36,774 bases of DNA from Candidatus Micrarchaeota archaeon (lineage in GTDB: Archaea; Micrarchaeota; Micrarchaeia; Norongarragalinales; UBA97). Below, piece by piece: positions 31,322-36,774 of this stretch (the stretch's first letter is position 1; each line of letters begins with the position of its first letter). The position numbers and the translations under genes were made by a program. The stretch is taken from contig JBBSWX010000052.1 of NCBI GenBank assembly GCA_038046065.1, positions 1 to 36,774 on the forward strand, read 5' to 3'. The notes beneath the pieces were generated by a model. It was not told where the DNA came from. It saw only the letters and a list, made by a program, of their open reading frames with translations, and did not search any database.

Positions 31322-31516
31322 TGTAGAGTCACTCCTTGCCGGGTTAATAATTGTAATCTTGCGCCGTTCCGGGGTTTCAGGCGGCGCATGCCACCGCTTT
31401 TGGCACAGGCCTACCGTCGGGTTGTGGGGTATTAAGGTTTTCGGAAGATGAATTTAACGTTCAAGGCCTTAGCCGCCGGTTGCGGCGATTGGCTTTTTGT
31501 TTAAGGAGATAACATT

Positions 31517-31630
31517 ATGGGTGCACGCCCCCGCAAGTGGAAGAAAAAAGGCCACATGCGCTGGAAGTGGATTAAGAAGCGCCGCCGTAGGCTCCAGCGT
31601 AAGACCAAGCGCCGGACTGGAAAGCTCTAA
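31517..31630 (+). CDS. rpl41e: ribosomal protein eL41-like small basic protein (37 aa)
   Basis: AAGGAG lies 9 nt upstream. The translation is [37 protein letters not shown]. Not in the ORF track. Confidence 0.7.
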   Translation: MGARPRKWKKKGHMRWKWIKKRRRRLQRKTKRRTGKL

Positions 31631-31698
31631 GGCGCGCCTGTTGGATTCAGCGTTAGCTTCAGCCATACTTACTGAATGCGCAGCACTTGCTGAAGGCG

Positions 31699-32289
31699 CT
31701 ACCGTTCTGCGTACCGCGCGCGCTTTAGGATTTCTTCAGCGCGGCGCACCACGGACGTGCCAACGGGGAACTGCCGTTCGTAAGCTTTGCAGAAAGGCTT
31801 GAACAACGCTTGTTTCTCGCGCAGGGACTTGCGGTAGAGCAGCACGTCTTCCGCGCGTTCCTCGAGGCTGTCAGAAAATTCCGAGAGGCCGAAGTCTATC
31901 ACCGTAACCGCGGGCGTCCTGCTGGCAATGATGTTGCTCGTCGAATAGTCGCCGTGCACGATGCCAGCCGCGTGCAGCTTGGCGAGCGCAGTGCCGCTTG
32001 CGGCCGAGAGCGCCTGCAACTCTCTCGCATCCTCTTCCACGAGCCGTGCCATCAGCGTGCCTTTCACGAGCGAGAGCTGGAGCTCGCACTTTCTTTCGTC
32101 TTCCTTAAGCAGTTCCGGCACGGGCGCGCCGGCGGCCTTGGCTTTGCGGAGTATTCGCGCTTCGCGCCGCGTGCGTCGCGAGCGGAGGAGCGCGTCAAGC
32201 TGTGCGTCGCGGTATTTTTTCTTCAGGCGTTTCTTGCGCACGGTGGCGCCTTCTTTCGTTACGGTCGCCTCGGCGCCTTTCCAAGCCAT
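31699..32289 (-). CDS. bud32: Bud32/PRPK atypical kinase (KEOPS subunit)
   Basis: KGAEATV, KKRLKKKYRDAQLDALLRSRRTRREARIL, HGDYSTSN, and VIDFGLS. Confidence 0.85.
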   Translation of the reverse strand: MAWKGAEATVTKEGATVRKKRLKKKYRDAQLDALLRSRRTRREARILRKAKAAGAPVPELLKEDERKCELQLSLVKGTLMARLVEEDARELQALSAASGTALAKLHAAGIVHGDYSTSNIIASRTPAVTVIDFGLSEFSDSLEERAEDVLLYRKSLREKQALFKPFCKAYERQFPVGTSVVRRAEEILKRARYAER

Positions 32290-32293
32290 TTTC

Positions 32294-32998
32294 TCACTCT
32301 TGCACTTCGACAGCAGGGGGGCACACGCTGGGCATGCTTTCCTCGGCTTTCTTGGCGATGCTGTCGAGCACTTTCATTATCTCTGTGAACGGCACGGGGC
32401 CTTCACGCACGAGTTTGGGCGGGTAGCACCGCGTGTCGATGATTGTTGACGACAGGGTTTCCGTCAAGTCTCCAGAACTCAATATCAGCGGGACTTTGCC
32501 TTCAAACGCTTGCCGGACTTCCGACTCGCGGTAAATGGGTGGTTTATCCGACTCGTTCGCGCTGGTTGACGTGACGGGCTTGCCGCTCTCGGACGTTATG
32601 GCGCGCGCGAAGTGGTTGCTGGGAATGCGGAATGCGACGCCTTGCTTACTGAGCGCGTCAGGCAGCGAGGGCTTCTTGTCAACGATGAGTGTGAGCGGCC
32701 CTGGCATAAACGCCCTGGCCAGCTCTTCAGCCACGGGGTTTATTTCCGCGTATTCTTTCGCCATTCCCAAGTCTGAGACGATTATTGGCAGGGGCTTGCC
32801 TTCCGGCCGGCCTTTCAGTTCGTAAACCTTCGCGACGGCTTGCGGGTTGGTCGCGTCCGCACCCAGCCCGTAAGACGTTTCGGTGGGGAACACTATTACC
32901 TCGCCCGCGCTTATTGCCTTCGCCGCTTGCTCTATGCTGCGCGCGGCTTTTTCGCGCTCGCGCAAGTTTACCGTAAGCACTTTTGTTTTCATAAGCAT
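32294..32998 (-). CDS. sua5: threonylcarbamoyl-AMP synthase Sua5/TsaC (YrdC domain)
   Basis: VIVFPTETSYGLGADATN, KGRPEGKPLPIIV, MPGPLTLIV, AFRIPSN, and VTSTSAN. ATG 32998 is preferred over the track start 33097. Confidence 0.85.
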   Translation of the reverse strand: MLMKTKVLTVNLREREKAARSIEQAAKAISAGEVIVFPTETSYGLGADATNPQAVAKVYELKGRPEGKPLPIIVSDLGMAKEYAEINPVAEELARAFMPGPLTLIVDKKPSLPDALSKQGVAFRIPSNHFARAITSESGKPVTSTSANESDKPPIYRESEVRQAFEGKVPLILSSGDLTETLSSTIIDTRCYPPKLVREGPVPFTEIMKVLDSIAKKAEESMPSVCPPAVEVQE

Positions 32999-33180
32999 CA
33001 CGAGAGCATATGGCGTGGCAAGGTTTTTAACGGCACCCGACGCGAAGCCAATGCGTTTACGCTTGAGTCGGGCTTCGCGTCCCGTGCACGGGAACAATTG
33101 GTGCGCCGAATCAACCTGAAGCCCTGGCTCGAAAGCGGGGGTAATTCACTAGGCGGCAGGTCGAAGTTCATCAAGCCGCT

Positions 33181-33978
33181 TCATTCAGGGTAGTGGTCGG
33201 TTATAGTGCAATCGTGCAGTATTAGCGGTTGGGTACTTTTTCGTCCGCGCATGCTCCCGCGCGCAAGTCTGGGGGTTGGTTCGTCTTCGCCATACAGTAT
33301 TCCACTGCCGTGCTTCGCTTCTGCCGCGCGAATGATTTCGCGAAATACCTTCGCTTCGGTTTCTTTCCCCGTTAGCCGATACGCTAGGGTAAAACAGTTT
33401 TCCGTCGCGGCGCGCGCGACCCAGCCTATGCGGCGCACGAGTTCGTTGTTGACTGCTTGCTTGCGTTCGGCCGCCGGCAGCTCTTTTATGCGTGGCATCA
33501 GTTCCTTGCGCAGGCCGGCGTAGTGCTGCGCGTCGAGTGAAAGGCATAGCGCGTCGAGGTTTTGAGTGCGCTTAACTAATGCCTGCGGGGTATTTACGCC
33601 GCCGAGGTTCCAGAATGCGTGCACTTTGGCTTCAGGGAAGTGGCGTTTAATCACATTAGTTATTTCGTGCAGCCGGGGGTGTTCGGGCGGGTTTCCACCC
33701 AACGAATATGCGAAAATCAAGCCGGGGCTTGCGAGTTCGTGCATAACCGTGTTAGCCTTGACGATTCCGGAATGTTTGAGTTCTATCAGCGCTCGTTCAA
33801 ATCTGTTTACGTCCATTAAACTTCGTTCTTCGGGCATTGGTGCGAACATGCATTTGCTGCATTGGAATCCGCAGCCGTGCACGGGCTCCACGCCAACCAC
33901 GTTGGTTTGCGAGAGCCTTTCACGCAGTTCTTTCGCAGTCGCAACGCGTTTTTGCGTCCGTATTTGTGAGTTAGCCAT
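33181..33978 (-). CDS. radical-SAM-like protein, uncharacterised family, paralog B
   Basis: VHGCGFQCSKCMF (CxxxCxxC at about residue 35), SLGGNPPEHP (GGEP-like), and the C-terminus LILHDCTITDHYPE. The start is GTG 33987 or ATG 33978. Confidence 0.65.
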   Translation of the reverse strand: MANSQIRTQKRVATAKELRERLSQTNVVGVEPVHGCGFQCSKCMFAPMPEERSLMDVNRFERALIELKHSGIVKANTVMHELASPGLIFAYSLGGNPPEHPRLHEITNVIKRHFPEAKVHAFWNLGGVNTPQALVKRTQNLDALCLSLDAQHYAGLRKELMPRIKELPAAERKQAVNNELVRRIGWVARAATENCFTLAYRLTGKETEAKVFREIIRAAEAKHGSGILYGEDEPTPRLARGSMRGRKSTQPLILHDCTITDHYPE

Positions 33979-33987
33979 TCGAATCAC

Positions 33988-34788
33988 TTATTCAGGGTAG
34001 CGGTCGGTTATAGTGCAATCGTGCAGTATAAGTATCGCTTTCGCATCCAAGCCCTTAAGCCTGCCAGGAGCGCTTAGGATTGCAGTATCGATTACTAATT
34101 CAGCCGGGTTTCTTTTCGCCCCATTATTATTCGAGAAGGGTTTATAGTCCAGCTTGGCTTTAAACCCTGCTTTTTCTGCCGCGCGGGTTATACCCGCCGT
34201 GAAGATCGCTTGTTCCTTTTTTCTACCTGCGGTTGAAGTTATGACTCTGAACTCGTTTTTTGCTGCGGCTGCCTTCACCCACCGCAACCGTTCGGTTATG
34301 TATGCTTCAAAATCCGCTTTGTTAACCCCGTAAAGTCTTCGTATGCCTGCAAAGTGCGGCGCGTCAATCGATAAGATCAGTTCGTCTAGGCCTACCGTTC
34401 TTTTTTCGAGCTCTTGTTGGGTATTCAAGCCCGTCAGGGTCCAAAATGACTGGATTCTCGCAGTAGGAAACGCTTTACGGACGACTGCAGTCAATTCCGC
34501 CAACTGTGGGTTGTGCAGCGGGTCGCCGCGCATGGAATAGTGTACGTATACCCCTGGCGGTCGCGGGTCTATAACGTGCCGGGTGCGGTTTGGGTTGATG
34601 ATTCCCGCGTTTTTAATGGCGTTCAGCCTTTCCGCCAGCATTTCAGGCAGCATAAACTTACGCGGCGCGTCGGTAGCCCCAATAATGCATCGCTTGCACG
34701 CAACTGGACAGCCGAAAGTTGGTTCTATACCAAGGTCTCGCGTAGGTGCAAACTCCGTCAAGTTTCTAATTAACCCCTTTGCAGGCAT
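33988..34788 (-). CDS. radical-SAM-like protein, uncharacterised family, paralog A
   Basis: TFGCPVACKRCII (CxxxCxxC), SMRGDPLHNP, and the C-terminus LILHDCTITDRYPE. ATG 34788 lies 2 nt after the Kae1 stop. Confidence 0.65.
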   Translation of the reverse strand: MPAKGLIRNLTEFAPTRDLGIEPTFGCPVACKRCIIGATDAPRKFMLPEMLAERLNAIKNAGIINPNRTRHVIDPRPPGVYVHYSMRGDPLHNPQLAELTAVVRKAFPTARIQSFWTLTGLNTQQELEKRTVGLDELILSIDAPHFAGIRRLYGVNKADFEAYITERLRWVKAAAAKNEFRVITSTAGRKKEQAIFTAGITRAAEKAGFKAKLDYKPFSNNNGAKRNPAELVIDTAILSAPGRLKGLDAKAILILHDCTITDRYPE

Positions 34789-34790
34789 GT

Positions 34791-35801
34791 TCACCAAGTC
34801 ACCGTCGTCTTGTCTATCCTCAAGTTCTGGTCGGGGCGGCAGTCTTGCGGCACGCCGTTCGAAACGATTTCCTGCAGTCCCGTCAAGGCTATCATCGCGC
34901 CGTTATCCCCGGCGTACTGCGGGGGCACTACGGCGAAACTGACGCGTTGGTCTTCACACATCAACCCCAGCATTTCTGCGAGGCGCGCGTTTTGCGCAAC
35001 TCCACCGACGGCAAGCACTTGCTTCTTGCGCGTGTGGCACAAGCAACGCTCCGTCGCCTCCACTAGCATTGCGAACGATGTTTCCTGCACTGAGTAGCAC
35101 AACTGGCGCTTGTCACCCCCGCGTTCCGCGGCTTTGCGCACGGCGTTGAGCATGCCGCTGAAGGCGAGGTCAACGCCTTTCACCGAGTAAGGCAGTTCGA
35201 TGATGCTACCTTTCCATTGCGCGGCGTTCTTCATTATTCCCACCGCGTCGGGAGGCGTTACGCCCAGCAGCCGTCCGGCGTTGTCGAGAAAGTTGCCTAT
35301 CCCAACGTCGAGCGTCTCACCGTACACGCGGTAATGCCGCGATGGCAGCTGGCCTTCCAGCGCTGTAATTTGAGTGTTTCCGCCTGACACGTACACTGCG
35401 AGCGGGTCGTTCATTCCGCACGCCCACTTGCCCACTTCCACGTGCGCCACCGTATGGTTTACCGGCACGAGCGGTTTTTCCAGCAGGAGGCTCAGCGAGT
35501 TGGCGGCTGCGAAACCCACGTGCAGGCAGTGGCCCAAGCCGGGGCCTTGCGCGTAAGCTATCGCGTCGAGCTCGGCAGCATTCACGCCGGCTTGCGCGAG
35601 CGCTTCCCCCAAGGTTTTCTTGAATTTTCGCGCGTGGTGTTCGGCGAGCTTGCGGGGAATGAATCCCGTGCGGCCGGAGGGGACTTTAGCTATCGCGTTG
35701 GAAAGCACTTTCGTGTTGCGCGCGTTCACCTTGCCGCTGTCGTGCCTTACCACGCCGATGCCGAGCGAGTGCGCAGTGCTCTCGATGCCGAGTATCATCA
35801 T
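34791..35801 (-). CDS. kae1: tRNA N6-adenosine threonylcarbamoyltransferase Kae1
   Basis: MMILGIESTAHSLGIGVV, HTVAHVEVG, YVSGGNTQ, and GDNGAMIA. ATG 35801 is preferred over the track start 35894. Confidence 0.95.
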   Translation of the reverse strand: MMILGIESTAHSLGIGVVRHDSGKVNARNTKVLSNAIAKVPSGRTGFIPRKLAEHHARKFKKTLGEALAQAGVNAAELDAIAYAQGPGLGHCLHVGFAAANSLSLLLEKPLVPVNHTVAHVEVGKWACGMNDPLAVYVSGGNTQITALEGQLPSRHYRVYGETLDVGIGNFLDNAGRLLGVTPPDAVGIMKNAAQWKGSIIELPYSVKGVDLAFSGMLNAVRKAAERGGDKRQLCYSVQETSFAMLVEATERCLCHTRKKQVLAVGGVAQNARLAEMLGLMCEDQRVSFAVVPPQYAGDNGAMIALTGLQEIVSNGVPQDCRPDQNLRIDKTTVTW

Positions 35802-35940
35802 CAAGAGTTTCTTGCGCGCGGTGGTTTTATTGCTTGCCCTTGGCTTGCGCGATGCTGGCGGGTGTGTGCTGGTGCGTGATACGGTTGCGTTCAAGGTCGT
35901 GTGCCAGAAGATGTGTTTGTCATCGCGCCCAAGCCGCGCT

Positions 35941-36528
35941 TCATCCTGTTGCTTTCAAAACCAGCACTGTCACCAACGCCCACGCGTTCAGCAAGAAGTG
36001 CGCCACGATGGCCGGCACTACCGTTCCGCGCAGTTTCGTTTCCCTTGCGAAAAGCAGGCCTGCGGCAAGCGCGCCTGCCACTTCCACGATGCTGCCGTAC
36101 GGCGCGTGCAGCAGGGCGAAGGCGATGCTCGGCAGTATTATTCCGAACTTGCGTTGCAAATACCCTCGGAAGAGAAGTTCCTCGGCGATTGGCGCGAGCG
36201 CGATGATGGCGAAGATTCCTGCGGTTTCCTGCTTGCGCAGCACGTCGGCTACTGCTTGCGTGTCATCCATCCCTACGGCGCGCGCCGCGATGCCGAGCGC
36301 GATGAGCACGGCGAGAAGCTTGAAGAAGAGCACGAGGCCGGCCTTCACTTCGGTAACGCTGATTTTCTTGAGGCCGAGCGTTTCCAGCGCCTTGGCGCGC
36401 GGTTTTTCCAGCGTTGCTAGCGACAAGGCGAGTGCGAGCATGGCGAGCGCGCCAGTCACTTCCGTCGAGGCGTTCGCCGAGATGACGAGCGCTATGGACG
36501 CGAGCCTAAAAACTATGCTTGCCGCCAC
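35941..36528 (-). CDS. CPBP (CAAX/Abi) family intramembrane protease
   Basis: PIAEELLFRGYL (EExxxR), FALLHAP (FxxxH), and IVAHFLLNAW (HxxxN). The start is uncertain (GTG 36528 or ATG 36441) because the frame stays open upstream. Confidence 0.7.
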   Translation of the reverse strand: MAASIVFRLASIALVISANASTEVTGALAMLALALSLATLEKPRAKALETLGLKKISVTEVKAGLVLFFKLLAVLIALGIAARAVGMDDTQAVADVLRKQETAGIFAIIALAPIAEELLFRGYLQRKFGIILPSIAFALLHAPYGSIVEVAGALAAGLLFARETKLRGTVVPAIVAHFLLNAWALVTVLVLKATG

Positions 36529-36774
36529 GCCGTGCTTTTCAGCGATCGCCCGCAATGCATCCATGTCGCAGGGGCGCCCATTGATTTGCACCGGCATGAT
36601 GGCTTTGGTTTGGGGGGTAATGCGCTTTTCAACGTCAGCTGCATCCAGCATGTGATCCGCGCCGCATTCGGCCAGCACCGGTGTAGCGCCCACCAAATGG
36701 ACCGACGCCGCAGAGGCGATGTAAGTGTGCGACGGAAGAATGACCTCATCGCCCGCGCCGATACCGACGGCCTT
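36529..36774 (-). pseudogene. DegT/DnrJ/EryC1-type aminotransferase fragment (partial at the window edge, 3'-truncated, in frame with the CPBP gene)
   Basis: KAVGIGAGDEVILPSHTYIASAASVHLVGATPVLAECGADHMLDAADVEKRITPQTKAIMPVQINGRPCDMDALRAIAEKHG follows the DegT pattern. It stops where xVIEDAAQA and the PLP-Lys region should follow. Confidence 0.65.

Noticed and set aside
31497-31802. 101-aa plus-strand ORF
   Set aside because: It overlaps the eL41-like gene in another frame and the 3' end of bud32 antisense, and it has no motif. The 37-aa basic ORF with AAGGAG is the credible gene.
31699-35801. Kae1-Bud32 fusion protein as seen in some archaea
   Set aside because: Kae1 ends at 34791 with a clear stop, and Bud32 is a separate gene 2.5 kb downstream. 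They are linked in one operon, not fused.

Overview
GC-rich, tightly packed archaeal chromosome segment. Archaeal hallmarks are eL40, eL41, uL11, aIF2-gamma, class I LysRS, Kae1/Bud32/Sua5, an intron-containing tRNA and many class III signal peptides. The gene content looks like a small-genome, surface-active archaeon, possibly DPANN-like, but that is inference only. Layout: (1) 1.0-6.3 kb holds one operon of eight type IV pilin-like genes plus a prepilin peptidase, followed by an extremely Tyr/Gly/Ser/Asn-rich secreted protein. (2) 7.6-11.6 kb holds housekeeping genes (TrmI, PyrD, Nudix) mixed with a secreted NlpC/P60 endopeptidase and a radical SAM gene. (3) 11.6-14.0 kb holds an AT-richer islet (toxin-antitoxin-like pair and an orphan ORF) next to a tRNA cluster with a repeated leader module, a tRNA 3' fragment and a tRNA-less module copy. 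(4) 16.3-20.2 kb holds a 1279-aa membrane-anchored protein that combines NlpC/P60, lytic transglycosylase and two Amidase_3 modules, which is a murein-degrading arsenal in an organism that should have no murein. (5) 20-31 kb holds uL11, a split-transketolase/PfkB/DUF2090 sugar operon, a PIN protein, tRNA-Lys, Ndk, Adk, aIF2-gamma, a histidine-kinase-like ATPase, LysRS and an interrupted receiver-like gene. (6) 31.5-35.8 kb holds a t6A operon (Kae1, Sua5, Bud32) with two tandem uncharacterised radical-SAM-like paralogs wedged between Kae1 and Sua5. This operon and the giant hydrolase are my top candidates for something new. (7) At the right edge a DegT-type aminotransferase fragment runs in frame into a CPBP protease. 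Several small real genes (eL40, eL41, a 56-aa pilin) are missing from the ORF track, and many long track ORFs are GC-driven antisense artefacts. All family calls come from motifs read by eye; no HMM or BLAST search was possible.
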